The translations under genes were made by a program, and so were the position numbers. Shown piece after piece: positions 30,527 to 40,534 of a stretch of 64,000 nucleotides of DNA. The DNA is from Mycobacteriales bacterium. Its GTDB lineage: Bacteria > Actinomycetota > Actinomycetes > JAFAQI01. Position 1 is the first letter of the stretch; every line of letters starts with the position of its first letter. The notes below the pieces were generated by a model. It searched no databases, was not told the DNA's origin, and saw only the letters and a list, made by a program, of their open reading frames with translations. The stretch covers positions 45,624 to 109,623 of the forward strand of contig DATAUK010000005.1 of assembly GCA_036268295.1 (NCBI GenBank), given 5' to 3'.

Positions 30527-31738
30527 TCAGAGCGTGATCTCGCCGAGCAGCTTGGCGATCCGGCCGACGCCCTCAGCAAGGTCGTCGTCGCCGAGCGCAT
30601 AAGAGAGCCGGAAACAGCCAGGCGCTCCGAACGCCTCGCCCGGCACAACTGCGACCTCGGCCTCGTCGAGCAGCAGCTCGGCCAGCTCGGCGGTGCTCGT
30701 CGGGATACGGCCGCGCAGCGGCTTGCCGAGCAGTGCTGCCACTGACGGGAAGCAGTAGAACGCGCCCTGCGGCGTCGGGCACTCGACTCCTGGAATCTCG
30801 CTGAGCATCCGCACCATCGTCTTGCGGCGGACATCGAAGGCGCCACGCATCATTGCCGCTGCTGAAAGGTCGCCGCTGACCGCCGCCAGCGCAGCGGCCT
30901 GCGCGACGTTGGAGACGTTGGACGTGGCGTGGGACTGCAGGTTGGTCGCGGCCGCGACGAGATCGGTCGGCCCGATCAGCCAGCCCACCCGCCAGCCGGT
31001 CATCGCGTAGGTCTTCGCGACGCCGTTCACGACGACGGACTGATCAGCAAGCTCAGGCACGACCACCGGCATCGACAGCGCGCTTGCCCCGTCGTACCTC
31101 AGGTGCTCATAGATCTCGTCGCAGAGCACCCACACGCCGTGCTCGAGCGCCCAGCGACCGATCGCCTCGACCTGATCGGGCGGGTAGACCGCGCCGGTCG
31201 GGTTGGACGGAGAGCAGAACAGCAGCACTTTCGTCCGCTCGGTTCGCGCCGCCTCGAGCTGCTCGACGGTGGCGAGATAGCCGCTGGCGGTGTCGGTCTC
31301 GACGATGATCGGCACCCCGCCGGCAAGCTTGATCGACTCCGGATAGGTCGTCCAGTACGGCGCAGGCAGCAGCACCTCGTCGCCTGGGTCGAGCAGCGTC
31401 GCGAACGCTTCGTAGACCGCCTGCTTGCCGCCGTTGGTGACCAAAACCTGGGCTGCGGTGACGTCGTAGCCCGAGTCGCGCACCGTCTTCGCCGCGATCG
31501 CCGTGCGAAGCGCGGGCAACCCGCCGGCCGGGGTGTAGTGGTGCATGGCAGGGTCGCTGCAGGCGGCGATCGCTGCGGCGACGATCGGCTCCGGCGTCGC
31601 GAAGTCGGGCTCTCCGGCGCCGAACCCGATCACGTCACGGCCGGCTGCTTTGAGCGCTTTAGCCTTGGCGTCGACGGCAAGCGTGGCGGATTCGGCGATG
31701 GCGCCGACGCGAGCTGAGATCCGGGATCGGACGGGCAT
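30527..31738 (-). CDS. aspartate/aromatic aminotransferase (class I PLP-dependent)
   Basis: Fold-type I aminotransferase sequence including the conserved PSNPTG and SK..TGWR (Lys Schiff-base) region. Start set at MPVRSRI. The longer upstream extension is Arg-rich and unlikely to be coding. Confidence 0.88.
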   Translation of the reverse strand: MPVRSRISARVGAIAESATLAVDAKAKALKAAGRDVIGFGAGEPDFATPEPIVAAAIAACSDPAMHHYTPAGGLPALRTAIAAKTVRDSGYDVTAAQVLVTNGGKQAVYEAFATLLDPGDEVLLPAPYWTTYPESIKLAGGVPIIVETDTASGYLATVEQLEAARTERTKVLLFCSPSNPTGAVYPPDQVEAIGRWALEHGVWVLCDEIYEHLRYDGASALSMPVVVPELADQSVVVNGVAKTYAMTGWRVGWLIGPTDLVAAATNLQSHATSNVSNVAQAAALAAVSGDLSAAAMMRGAFDVRRKTMVRMLSEIPGVECPTPQGAFYCFPSVAALLGKPLRGRIPTSTAELAELLLDEAEVAVVPGEAFGAPGCFRLSYALGDDDLAEGVGRIAKLLGEITL

Positions 31739-31853
31739 GGCTCTATCGTCGCCTACCGGCGCAACGCGGGTCCACCGGGTTGTCGGCCGATCGCGCCGGT
31801 TCGACCGACCTGCGTGCTCGGACGTACACTGCGACATTCAAAAGCGCAATCAA

Positions 31854-31926
31854 AGGGCAGTAGCTCAATTGGCAGAGTCCCGGTCTCCAAAACCGGTGGT
31901 TGGGGGTTCGAGTCCCTCCTGCCCTG
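31854..31926 (+). tRNA. tRNA-Trp (anticodon CCA)
   Basis: Acceptor AGGGCAG/CTGCCCT, D-arm GCTCAATTGGCAGAGT, anticodon loop cuCCAaa, T-arm GGTTCGAGTCC. Located 70 nt upstream of secE. Confidence 0.9.
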
Positions 31927-31995
31927 CAAGGCACGAGGCGGAGCGGCTCAACTGCCCAGATCGGGCAGCGGACGAGTGGAAGAGGTGACGAGACG

Positions 31996-32256
31996 GTGAC
32001 GCAGACCAGCGATGTCGAGCCCGCGGCTCGGCCCTCGCCAGCCGGCGGCCGAGGCGGCCGGCGGCCGACCTATCCCGCCCGGGTCGCGTTGTTCAATCGG
32101 CAGGTCGCTAGTGAGCTCCGCAAGGTCATCTGGCCGACCCGAAACGAGTTGGTGACCTACACCATCGTCTCCATCACCTTCGTGACCAGCATGGTGGCCT
32201 TCGTCGGATTGCTCGACTACCTGTTCACCAAGCTCGTTTTCCAGCTGTTCGCCTAA
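31996..32256 (+). CDS. secE: preprotein translocase subunit SecE
   Basis: C-terminal single TM helix ([26 protein letters not shown]) preceded by a basic region. GTG start chosen downstream of tRNA-Trp, since the track ORF overlaps the tRNA. Confidence 0.75.
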   Translation: MTQTSDVEPAARPSPAGGRGGRRPTYPARVALFNRQVASELRKVIWPTRNELVTYTIVSITFVTSMVAFVGLLDYLFTKLVFQLFA

Positions 32257-32294
32257 CGGCGGCAGCTTCCAACCTCCAAGGAAGTTCTCGCACT

Positions 32295-33191
32295 GTGACC
32301 GAGTTTTCGCCCGACCACGCCGCCGACAGCGACGCCGGCAGCGAGCCGAATGAGCCCGCTGTCGAGCTGGCGGCTGCCGCCGACGTCGAGGTCGAGGCTG
32401 CCCAGCCGGCTGCCACGGTCGCGAGCGACCCGTTCTCGGTTGCCGCTACCGAAGCCGCAGCGGCCGATCCGGAACCCGCCAGCGACGAGACCACTGAGGT
32501 GCCAGCCGAGTCCGACGACGCTGCCGCAGCGGCCGACGAAGCCGCCGCAGTCGATGACGCTTCGGCCGAGCCGGCTGAGGCTCCTGGCGAAGAAGTCGAC
32601 GAAGGCTCGGTTGAAGAAGTCGATGAGGTGGAGGAGTTCCGGCTCCGGCTGGGGTCGCTGCCAGGTGACTGGTACGTCGTGCACACCTACGCCGGCTATG
32701 AGAACCGCGTGAAGACCAACCTCGAGTCGCGGATCGCCTCCCTCAACATGGAGGACTTCATCTTCGACATCCAGGTGCCGACCCAGCCCGAGACCATCAT
32801 CAAGGCCGGCAAGCGCCAGGTTGTCGACTCGAAGATCTTCCCGGGCTATGTCCTGGTCCGCATGGACCTCACCGATGAGTCCTGGTCGGTCGTGAAGAAC
32901 ACACCGAGCGTCACCGGGTTCGTCGGCACCACCCATCCGACGCCACTGTCGTTCGCCGACGTCTTCAAGTTCCTTGCGCCGAAGCCGGCCGAGGCCAAGA
33001 AGGCGGAGGCGCCGAAGGTTGTCGACTTCGCGGTCGGCGAGTCGGTCACCGTCATGGATGGCCCGTTCGCCACGCTGCCCGCCACCATCAACGAGATCAA
33101 CGCCGAGTCCCAGCGACTCAAGGTGCTCGTGTCCATCTTCGGCCGGGAGACACCGGTCGAGCTGTCGTTCAGCCAGGTCAGCAAGATCTGA
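32295..33191 (+). CDS. nusG: transcription termination/antitermination factor NusG with a long acidic N-terminal extension
   Basis: NGN domain ([14 protein letters not shown]) and KOW domain ([14 protein letters not shown]) present. They are preceded by ~115 aa of Ala/Asp/Glu-rich low-complexity sequence. Confidence 0.9.
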   Translation: MTEFSPDHAADSDAGSEPNEPAVELAAAADVEVEAAQPAATVASDPFSVAATEAAAADPEPASDETTEVPAESDDAAAAADEAAAVDDASAEPAEAPGEEVDEGSVEEVDEVEEFRLRLGSLPGDWYVVHTYAGYENRVKTNLESRIASLNMEDFIFDIQVPTQPETIIKAGKRQVVDSKIFPGYVLVRMDLTDESWSVVKNTPSVTGFVGTTHPTPLSFADVFKFLAPKPAEAKKAEAPKVVDFAVGESVTVMDGPFATLPATINEINAESQRLKVLVSIFGRETPVELSFSQVSKI

Positions 33192-33218
33192 TCTGGTCCG
33201 CCGTACAAGGAAGCTGTT

Positions 33219-33650
33219 ATGCCTGCCAAGAAGAAAATCGCCGGTCTGATCAAGTTGCAGATCCAGGCCGGCGCCGCGACACCCGCGCCGCCGGTCGGAC
33301 CTGCCTTGGGTCAGCACGGCGTCAACATCATGGACTTCTGCAAGCAGTACAACGCAGAAACCGAGTCGCAGCGCGGCAACGTCGTTCCGGTCGAGATCAC
33401 GGTTTATGAAGACCGCAGTTTCACCTTCATCACCAAGACCCCGCCGGCCGCGCGACTGATTCTCAAGGCTGCCGGCGTCGAGAAGGGCTCGGGCGAGCCG
33501 CACGTGAAGAAGGTCGCGACGATCACCCGCGACCAGGTTCGCGACATCGCCCAGACCAAACTCGACGACCTCAACGCCAATGATCTCGACGCCGCCGAGA
33601 AGATCATCGCCGGCACGGCCCGATCGATGGGCATTACCGTCTCGGGCTGA
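33219..33650 (+). CDS. rplK: 50S ribosomal protein L11
   Basis: Near-complete match to the L11 family ([22 protein letters not shown]). Confidence 0.97.
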   Translation: MPAKKKIAGLIKLQIQAGAATPAPPVGPALGQHGVNIMDFCKQYNAETESQRGNVVPVEITVYEDRSFTFITKTPPAARLILKAAGVEKGSGEPHVKKVATITRDQVRDIAQTKLDDLNANDLDAAEKIIAGTARSMGITVSG

Positions 33651-33728
33651 GCCGCTTCATCGCTCACCCGCACGTCGTGGGAGGGGTCACCCGACTCCGC
33701 TCGGACCACATAGAGAAAGAGACACCGC

Positions 33729-34457
33729 ATGGCCAAGCACAGCAAGTCCTACACCGCCGCTGCCGCACTGATCGATCGCGAGCGGCTCTACGCGCCGCTC
33801 GAAGCGGTCCGGCTCGCTCAGAAGACCTCGACCACCAAGCGCTTCGACGCGACCGTCGAGGTGGCGATGGTTCTCGGCGTCGACCCCCGCAAGGCTGACC
33901 AGATGGTGCGTGGCACCGTCTCGTTGCCGCACGGCACCGGGAAGACAGCGCGGGTGGCGGTCTTCGCGACCGGTGAGAAGGCCGAGGAGGCGCGTGCCGC
34001 CGGAGCCGACATCGTCGGAGGCGACGAGCTGATCGAGCAGGTCGCGGGCGGAATGCTCGACTTCGACGCCGCCGTCTCGACCCCGGATCTGATGGGCAAG
34101 GTCGGTCGACTCGGCCGCGTCCTGGGCCCCCGCGGCCTGATGCCCAACCCGAAGACCGGCACGGTGACCATGGATGTTGGCAAGGCGGTCACGGACATCA
34201 AGGGCGGCAAGATCGAGTTCCGGGTCGACCGCCAGGCCAATCTGCACTTCGTGATCGGCAAGACGTCGTTCACCGACGTACAGCTGGTCGAGAACTATGC
34301 GACCGCGCTCGACGAGGTGCTGCGCTCGAAGCCGTCGTCAGCCAAGGGCCGTTACCTCAAGAAGGTCGCGGTTTCGACCACGATGGGTCCCGGCATCCTG
34401 GTCGACCCGACCCGTACCCGCAACCTGAGCGACGAGGGCGAGCAGACCGACGCCTAG
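33729..34457 (+). CDS. rplA: 50S ribosomal protein L1
   Basis: L1 family throughout. Confidence 0.97.
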   Translation: MAKHSKSYTAAAALIDRERLYAPLEAVRLAQKTSTTKRFDATVEVAMVLGVDPRKADQMVRGTVSLPHGTGKTARVAVFATGEKAEEARAAGADIVGGDELIEQVAGGMLDFDAAVSTPDLMGKVGRLGRVLGPRGLMPNPKTGTVTMDVGKAVTDIKGGKIEFRVDRQANLHFVIGKTSFTDVQLVENYATALDEVLRSKPSSAKGRYLKKVAVSTTMGPGILVDPTRTRNLSDEGEQTDA

Positions 34458-34610
34458 CAGGTCGAGGCCTAGCCGCCGGCACGGCTGCTAGTGTCGATGA
34501 CTACCGAAGATCGTTGGTCGTTGCCTGCATCCCGGGCGACTGAAGGTCCCGCGAGAGCGGGCGTCCAGCGCAGGTGAGTGGAACGTCACGCCGTGGAGAT
34601 ACTCGCGGCT

Positions 34611-34652
34611 GCAACGCCCCGCGCGCCTCGCGCCGGGGCGTTTCTTCGTTTG
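34611..34652 (+). terminator. GC-rich hairpin plus TTTCTTCGTTT in the rplJ leader (attenuator / rplKA terminator)
   Basis: aacgcccc..gcgcgcctcgcgcc..ggggcgtt stem followed by a T-rich run, 40 nt upstream of the rplJ start. Confidence 0.45.
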
Positions 34653-34691
34653 CGCAGCACATCGAATGTCGTGACCACCGAAGGGAAAGCC

Positions 34692-35534
34692 ATGGTCAGG
34701 CCTGACAAGGCTGCCGCGGTCGCCGAGCTCACCGAGGCGTTCCGCGACTCATCTGCCGCGGTGCTCACCGAGTATCGAGGGCTGACGGTCGCCGAGCTCA
34801 AGACGCTGCGCCGCGCGCTGCACGGCAACGCGACCTACGTCGTCGTCAAGAACACCCTGACGAAGATCGCCGCTAAGGCAGCTGGCGTTGAGTCCTTCGA
34901 CGCGCTGCTCGAGGGGCCGTCCGCGATCGCGTTCATCAGTGGCGATCCGGTCGAGGTCGCCAAGGGGCTGCGAACCTTCGGGCGCGAGCACTCACATCTG
35001 GTCGTGAAGGGCGGCATCCTCGACGGCAAGCCGCTGACCGCGGACGAGATCCGCCGACTGGCCGACCTGGAGTCGCGCGAGGTCCTGCTGGCGAAGTTCG
35101 CCGGTGGACTGCTCGCTCCGGCCCAGCAGCTCGCGACCGTGCTGGCTGCTCCGGCCGCCCAGCTGGCCCGGCTGCTCGGCGCGCTACAGGCCAAGCTGGC
35201 CGACGACCCGAACGCCCAGACCGGTGGCAACGGCGCGAGCGCCGCCGACCTGGCACCAGCGGCCGAGCCGGTCGAGGCCGAAGCTGCGCCTGAGTCGGCC
35301 GCCGAAGCTGAGGCTGACGCACCTTCCGAGCCCGAGGCCGCCGCGGAATCTGAGGCACCGGCTGAGCCCGAGGCTGCCGCGGAACCTGAGGCACCGGCTG
35401 AGCCCGAGCCCGCTGCCGAGGCGACCGCTGAGCCAGCAACCGATGAGACCACCACCGATGAGACCACGACCGATGAGACCACGGACCAACCGACTAGCAC
35501 CGACGGCGTCGCTGACGCGTCGACCGACAGCTGA
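34692..35534 (+). CDS. rplJ: 50S ribosomal protein L10 with ~100-aa acidic repeat-containing C-terminal extension
   Basis: Start at [10 protein letters not shown] (the canonical L10 N-terminus). First ~180 aa are typical L10. They are followed by an Ala/Glu/Pro-rich tail with [12 protein letters not shown] and TDETT repeats. Confidence 0.9.
   Translation: MVRPDKAAAVAELTEAFRDSSAAVLTEYRGLTVAELKTLRRALHGNATYVVVKNTLTKIAAKAAGVESFDALLEGPSAIAFISGDPVEVAKGLRTFGREHSHLVVKGGILDGKPLTADEIRRLADLESREVLLAKFAGGLLAPAQQLATVLAAPAAQLARLLGALQAKLADDPNAQTGGNGASAADLAPAAEPVEAEAAPESAAEAEADAPSEPEAAAESEAPAEPEAAAEPEAPAEPEPAAEATAEPATDETTTDETTTDETTDQPTSTDGVADASTDS
35275..35490 (+). repeat. in-frame low-complexity tandem repeats (36-bp unit x2, 15-bp accgatgagaccacS x3) encoding the L10 acidic tail
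   Basis: gaggcaccggctgagcccgag recurs at 35352 and 35388. The accgatgagaccac unit occurs three times at 35439-35483. Confidence 0.7.
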
Positions 35535-35551
35535 CACCGAAGGAGATCACC

Positions 35552-35941
35552 ATGCCCACCCTGACCAACGACGAGATCATCGAGGCGCTCAAAGCGAAGA
35601 GCCTCATCGAGATCTCAGAGCTTGTTAAGCAGTTCGAAGAGACCTTTGGCGTCTCGGCCGCAGCCCCGGTCGCGGTCGCGGCAGCCGGTGGCGGCGGCGG
35701 CGCGGCCGCTGCTGATGTCGAAGAGGAGAAGGACGAGTTTGACGTCATCCTCGAGGCAGCCGGCGAGAAGAAGATCCAGGTGATCAAGGTGGTACGTGAG
35801 CTGACCAGCCTGGGCCTGAAGGAAGCCAAGGACCTCGTTGACGGCGCTCCGAAGGCCGTCCTCGAGAAGGCCGCGAAGGAGTCTGCCGACAAGGCCAAGG
35901 AGGCCCTCGAGGGCGCCGGCGCCACAGTCACCGTCAACTAG
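35552..35941 (+). CDS. rplL: 50S ribosomal protein L7/L12
   Basis: L7/L12 family: N-terminal dimerisation helix, Ala/Gly hinge, C-terminal domain. Confidence 0.97.
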   Translation: MPTLTNDEIIEALKAKSLIEISELVKQFEETFGVSAAAPVAVAAAGGGGGAAAADVEEEKDEFDVILEAAGEKKIQVIKVVRELTSLGLKEAKDLVDGAPKAVLEKAAKESADKAKEALEGAGATVTVN

Positions 35942-35966
35942 CTCCCGCGCACTCTCCGCTCATAAG

Positions 35967-36008
35967 GGCGGCCATCGCCTCGCGATGGCCGCCCTTGCTG
36001 TTGTGTCC
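35967..36008 (+). terminator. rho-independent terminator after rplL
   Basis: 13-bp perfect stem gggcggccatcgc / gcgatggccgccc with loop ctc, followed by ttgctgttgtgt. Confidence 0.6.
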
Positions 36009-36235
36009 CGCTACAGTCATGAACGCGCCGTTAACGGCAGCCTTCCCCCGGGTTTCGCACCTCGCTGCACAAGCCAGGATTGGCACGGCGGGGTGGATGG
36101 TAGATAGGGGTTACGGGGCAGTAATGTCACGCAGTGTGACCGGTCTCACAGGAGTCTTGTCGCCGACGTCGAAGTTGATCGTCGTGCTCACCGACTCCGC
36201 GGTTCCGGCGGCATCGACGAGCCACGACAACAGGC

Positions 36236-37546
36236 TTGGAAGGCAGGACCGGCGTGGGCGTTGAAGTCAAAGTCGAGGGCCTGACGAAGTCCTTCGGCCG
36301 CCAGGTCATCTGGGAGGACGTCACTCTCACGCTCCCCAAGGGCGAGATCTCGGTCCTGCTCGGCCCGTCCGGCACCGGAAAGTCGGTGTTTCTCAAGCAC
36401 CTGATCGGCCTGCTGCGCCCAGATCGGGGCCACGTCTACATCGAGGGCAAGGACGTCCCGAACGTCTCGGAGAAGCATCTCTATGAGGTGCGCAAGATGT
36501 TCGGCGTGCTTTTCCAGGACGGCGCGCTGTTCGGCTCGATGACGATCTACGACAACGTCGCCTTCCCGCTGCGCGAGCACACTAAGAAGAGCGAGTCGGA
36601 CATCCGCAAGATCGCGATGGAGAAGCTCGAGCTCACCGGCCTGATCGGCGCCGAGCAGAAGCTTCCCGGCGAGATCTCCGGCGGCATGCGCAAGCGGGCC
36701 GGCCTGGCTCGGGCGTTGGTGCTCGACCCGGAGATCCTGCTCTTCGACGAGCCCGACTCCGGCCTTGACCCGGTCCGTACGGCGTACCTCAACCAGCTCA
36801 TCGTCGATCTGAACGCGCAGATCGAGGCGACGATGCTCATCGTCACCCACGACGTCAACACCGCCCGGACCGTTCCGGACAACATCGGCCTGCTCTACCG
36901 CCGCCACCTCGCGATGTTCGGCCCGCGCGAGATGCTGCTGTCGAGCCAGGAGCCGGTGGTCCGGCAGTTCCTCAACGCCCGTCGACAAGGCCCGATCGGC
37001 ATGGCGGAGGAGAAGGACGCCGCCGAGCTCGAGGCCGAGAAGGACGAGGAAGAGGGCCCGCCGCTGCCGCCGATCCCGCCGCAGATCCTGCCGAGCAGCG
37101 GCGTCAAGCGGCCGACCCAGCCCGAGCCGGGCAAGTGGCTTCACGACAACAACGTCACGCCGCCAGGCGGCTCGTTCACCGGGCATGAGGACTACGGCGA
37201 CCCGGACGCACCTCCGGTGAAGGTCCCGTCGATGGCGCCCGACGCCCCGGGCGCAGCGCCTCGGGAGCGGGTTGTCGTGAGCGAGAAAAAGGCTGCCGCC
37301 GACGAGCGAACCTCGAAGCCTGACGGCGTTGCCGCGCTCCGAGGCAAGTCGTCTAGCAAGCCGGCCGCCGAGTCCAAGGCCGCGGCGAAAGCGGCCAAGG
37401 CCGCGCCCGCAAAATCGGCAAAATCGGCGGCCAAGAAATCTGCGTCGAAGGCCGCGGCCAAGGCTGCGAAGCCGGCAGCAACCAAACCCGCCACATCCAA
37501 GGCGACCGCAACCACGGCGGCCGGCCGGCGGCGGCGCACCTCGTGA
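36236..37546 (+). CDS. mkl: Mce-family ABC transporter ATP-binding protein (MceG/Mkl-like) with Lys/Ala-rich C-terminal tail
   Basis: Walker A (GPSGTGKS), ABC signature (LSGGMRKR) and Walker B (LLFDEPDSGLD). The C-terminal ~90 aa are AAKAAKAAPAKSAKSAAKK-type low-complexity sequence. Confidence 0.85.
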   Translation: MEGRTGVGVEVKVEGLTKSFGRQVIWEDVTLTLPKGEISVLLGPSGTGKSVFLKHLIGLLRPDRGHVYIEGKDVPNVSEKHLYEVRKMFGVLFQDGALFGSMTIYDNVAFPLREHTKKSESDIRKIAMEKLELTGLIGAEQKLPGEISGGMRKRAGLARALVLDPEILLFDEPDSGLDPVRTAYLNQLIVDLNAQIEATMLIVTHDVNTARTVPDNIGLLYRRHLAMFGPREMLLSSQEPVVRQFLNARRQGPIGMAEEKDAAELEAEKDEEEGPPLPPIPPQILPSSGVKRPTQPEPGKWLHDNNVTPPGGSFTGHEDYGDPDAPPVKVPSMAPDAPGAAPRERVVVSEKKAAADERTSKPDGVAALRGKSSSKPAAESKAAAKAAKAAPAKSAKSAAKKSASKAAAKAAKPAATKPATSKATATTAAGRRRRTS

Positions 37547-38331
37547 GTTCGGCGAGTGTCGCTGCGCCGTTCCGCGCCAGCGGCAGTTTCTTCGCGATGT
37601 GTCTCGACACATTGGTGCAGTTCGGGCGCTCGGTGCGCCACCTGCGCTTTCAGTGGCGGGAGATGATCGAGCAGGCCTGGTTCATCGCGAGCGTCACGAT
37701 CCTGCCGACCGCGCTGGTGTCGATTCCGTTCGGTGCGGTCATCGCGCTCCAGATCGGCAACCTCTCGCGCCAGGTCGGCGCGCAGTCCTTCACCGGGTCG
37801 GCCGCGGTGCTCGCGATCCTTCGCGAGGCAGCTCCGATCGTCTGCGCGCTGTTGATCTCCGGTGCCGGCGGGTCAGCCATCTGCGCCGACCTCGGCAGCC
37901 GCAAGATCCGCGACGAGATCGACGCTATGGAGGTGCTCGGCATCTCCCCGATCGAGCGGCTCGTCGTTCCGCGAGTCGCGGCGTGCATGATCGTCGCGGT
38001 CCTGCTCAACGGCCTCGTCTCGGTGGTCGGCGTCATCGGCGGCTATGTCTTCAACGTCATGCTGCAGCACGGCACGCCCGGTGCCTACATCCAGTCGTTC
38101 ACCGCCCTCGCCCAGCTCCCCGACCTCTACGTCGGGGAGTTCAAAGCCCTGCTGTTCGGGATGATGGCGGCGCTGGTCGCGTCCTACAAGGGCCTCAACC
38201 CCAAGGGCGGCCCGAAAGGTGTCGGCGACGCCGTCAACCAGTCCGTGATCATCGGCTTCATGTTGTTGTTCGTCATCAACTTCGTGATCACCGAGATCTA
38301 CTTCACCGTCATCCCGCAGAAGACGCTCTGA
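37543..38331 (+). CDS. yrbEA: Mce/MlaE-family permease YrbEA
   Basis: MlaE-like polytopic permease. Start overlaps the mkl stop and its stop overlaps the next start. Confidence 0.88.
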   Translation: MSSASVAAPFRASGSFFAMCLDTLVQFGRSVRHLRFQWREMIEQAWFIASVTILPTALVSIPFGAVIALQIGNLSRQVGAQSFTGSAAVLAILREAAPIVCALLISGAGGSAICADLGSRKIRDEIDAMEVLGISPIERLVVPRVAACMIVAVLLNGLVSVVGVIGGYVFNVMLQHGTPGAYIQSFTALAQLPDLYVGEFKALLFGMMAALVASYKGLNPKGGPKGVGDAVNQSVIIGFMLLFVINFVITEIYFTVIPQKTL

Positions 38332-39197
38332 TGGCCGGGACCACGTCGCTGCCGCGACCGGTGCGCGGTGTCGCCCGCGTCGTGAGCGCACCTGTGACCG
38401 GAGTCCTGTCCGGGCTGGAGAAAGGTGGCGAGCAGCTCTCGTTCTACCTGCGGTCGCTCGGCTGGTTCTGGCGGACGCTGAGGTCCTACAAGAAAGAGGT
38501 CGTGCGCCTCATAGCCGACGTCAGCCTCGGCTCCGGGGGTCTGGCGCTGATCGGCGGAAGCGTTGGAGTGGTCGCGTTCCTCACGTTCTTCACCGGGACC
38601 GAGGTCGGTCTCGAGGGCTATCAGGGTCTTCAGCAGATCGGCATCGCGGCGTTCGCCGGCTTCATCTCCGCCTACTTCAACACCCGCGAGATTGCACCGA
38701 TCGTCGCCGGTCTCGCACTGACTGCGACCGTGGGCGCCGGCTTCACCGCGCAGCTCGGGGCGATGCGAATCAGTGAGGAGATCGATGCGCTCGAGGTTAT
38801 GGGCGTCCCCTCGATTCCCTACCTCGTCACCACCCGCCTGATCGCCGGCCTCGTCGCGGTCGTTCCGCTCTACGTGGTCGGGCTGGTCTCGTCGTACTTC
38901 TCGACCCGGCTGATTGTGACGCTGTATTTCCACCAGTCCGGTGGCACCTACGACCACTACTTCCACACCTTCTTGGTGCCGACTGACGTCCTCTACTCGT
39001 TCCTGAAGATCATCATCTTCGCGATCGTGATCATGCTGATCCACTGCTACTACGGCTACTACGCCAGCGGTGGGCCTGCCGGTGTCGGGGTTGCAGTGGG
39101 TCGCGCAGTGCGGACCTCGATCGTCGCGATCAACGTCATCGACCTGTTCCTGAGTCTCATGCTGTGGGGCGCCAGTACGACGGTCCGGATCGCCTGA
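38331..39197 (+). CDS. yrbEB: Mce/MlaE-family permease YrbEB
   Basis: Second MlaE-like permease. ATG at 38331 (MAGTTSLPRP). The 622-aa track ORF from 37329 is an artefactual upstream extension. Confidence 0.88.
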   Translation: MAGTTSLPRPVRGVARVVSAPVTGVLSGLEKGGEQLSFYLRSLGWFWRTLRSYKKEVVRLIADVSLGSGGLALIGGSVGVVAFLTFFTGTEVGLEGYQGLQQIGIAAFAGFISAYFNTREIAPIVAGLALTATVGAGFTAQLGAMRISEEIDALEVMGVPSIPYLVTTRLIAGLVAVVPLYVVGLVSSYFSTRLIVTLYFHQSGGTYDHYFHTFLVPTDVLYSFLKIIIFAIVIMLIHCYYGYYASGGPAGVGVAVGRAVRTSIVAINVIDLFLSLMLWGASTTVRIA

Positions 39198-40534
39198 TGG
39201 CGCGCTCGGAAGCGGGCCTTCGCGCGCTCCGGCGCGTGCAGGGACTGGTTTTCCTGCTCGTCATCGTGCTGCTGCTCGGCTTGACCGTCGCGGTCTACGA
39301 CAAGAAGCTGCCGTGGCAGGCGACCGACGACGTGAAGGTTTCAGCGTTCCGGATCGGCAACCAGCTGATCCTGCCTGCGGATGTCGACTACAACGGCGTG
39401 CTGGTCGGCCGGGTCAACTCGGTCAACAGCAACGGCACCACAGCGACGCTCAACCTGCAGCTCTCCAAGTCGCTGATCTCCAAGATCCCGAGCAACGTGA
39501 TCGCCCGGATCCTGCCGAAGACGCTCTTCGGCGAGAAGTACGTCGACCTCGTCAACTCGGCAACGCCGTCGTCGACGCCGCTCGCCGCGGGCCAGGTCAT
39601 CCCTGAGGACCGGTCGCACACCGCCGTCGAGCTGCAAACCGTGTTCTCCAAGCTGATCCCGGTGCTGCGAGCGGTCAATCCCACCGACTTGTCGGTCGCG
39701 CTGTCGAACACCGCGGAGGCGTTGAAAGGCCGGGGTAACGAGCTCGGCGAGAACCTCGCGCTGATCAACCGATACTTTGGCGCGCTCAACCAGGATCTGC
39801 CCAACATCCAGCACGACATCGGTGCGCTCGCAGACCTCGCGAGCAACTATGCCGACGCCGCCCCCGATCTGCTCAACATCCTGCGCAACTTCTCGGTGAC
39901 TGCGAAGACTTTCACCGTCAAGCAGGACACCTACGCGCAGTTCCTTGCCGGGACGGCAGGGTTTGCGACCACGGCGACGAATGTTTTGAAGACCAACGGT
40001 CCTGGTCTGATCCAGCTGGCGCACTCCAGTGTCGCGCCACTGAACCTGTTGGCGAGTTACTCGATCGTGCTCGAGTGCCTTCCGAAGGGACTGGCGATTT
40101 TCGACCGGCAGCGTCTTGAGCACGCCTTCCAGGGCGGCGAGCTGCACATCGACCTGATCCCGGTGAACGACCGCGGCGCCTACACCGCTGCCGACAAGCC
40201 GTCGATCAAGGACTACACCGACACGGTGCTGCCGGCGAACTGCTACGGCCTGCCCTACGGCAGCCACGGACTGCACCCCGAGAACACCAAGTACCCGTTC
40301 ACCCCGGGTGGCAACTACTCCAAGGGCGGCGTCATCGGCGGCACCTCGGCGCTGAGCACCGCCAGTGCCACCACGCCGGGCACCGCGGGTTCTACCGCAG
40401 GTGTCGGGTCGCCGGCTGAGCAGAAGCAGATCTCAGCGCTGCTCGACGAGATCGCCGGCGGCTCCTCGTCGCCCGCCGGACTCAACGACTTGCTGTTGGG
40501 GCCAATGCTGCGCGGCATGGCGGTGGGCCCGTGA
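39197..40534 (+). CDS. mceA: Mce family protein MceA
   Basis: N-terminal TM helix plus MCE domain (VSAFRIGNQLILPADVDYNGVLVGRVNSV). ATG at 39197 overlaps the yrbEB stop. Confidence 0.85.
   Translation: MARSEAGLRALRRVQGLVFLLVIVLLLGLTVAVYDKKLPWQATDDVKVSAFRIGNQLILPADVDYNGVLVGRVNSVNSNGTTATLNLQLSKSLISKIPSNVIARILPKTLFGEKYVDLVNSATPSSTPLAAGQVIPEDRSHTAVELQTVFSKLIPVLRAVNPTDLSVALSNTAEALKGRGNELGENLALINRYFGALNQDLPNIQHDIGALADLASNYADAAPDLLNILRNFSVTAKTFTVKQDTYAQFLAGTAGFATTATNVLKTNGPGLIQLAHSSVAPLNLLASYSIVLECLPKGLAIFDRQRLEHAFQGGELHIDLIPVNDRGAYTAADKPSIKDYTDTVLPANCYGLPYGSHGLHPENTKYPFTPGGNYSKGGVIGGTSALSTASATTPGTAGSTAGVGSPAEQKQISALLDEIAGGSSSPAGLNDLLLGPMLRGMAVGP

Noticed and set aside
35941-36236. Possible small ORF or ncRNA in the 295-bp rplL-mkl spacer
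   Set aside because: No convincing start/RBS/ORF of useful length. The visible structure is explained by the rplL terminator and a short 5-bp inverted repeat (gtcac...gtgac) that is too weak to call.
36188-37612. 474-aa minus-strand ORF antisense to mkl
   Set aside because: Arg/Gly/Leu-rich shadow ORF of the ABC ATPase gene.
37329-39197. 622-aa plus-strand ORF spanning the mkl tail, yrbEA and yrbEB
   Set aside because: Its upstream 330 codons are an out-of-frame Arg/Pro-rich read through the mkl and yrbEA regions. The real gene is yrbEB starting at ATG 38331.
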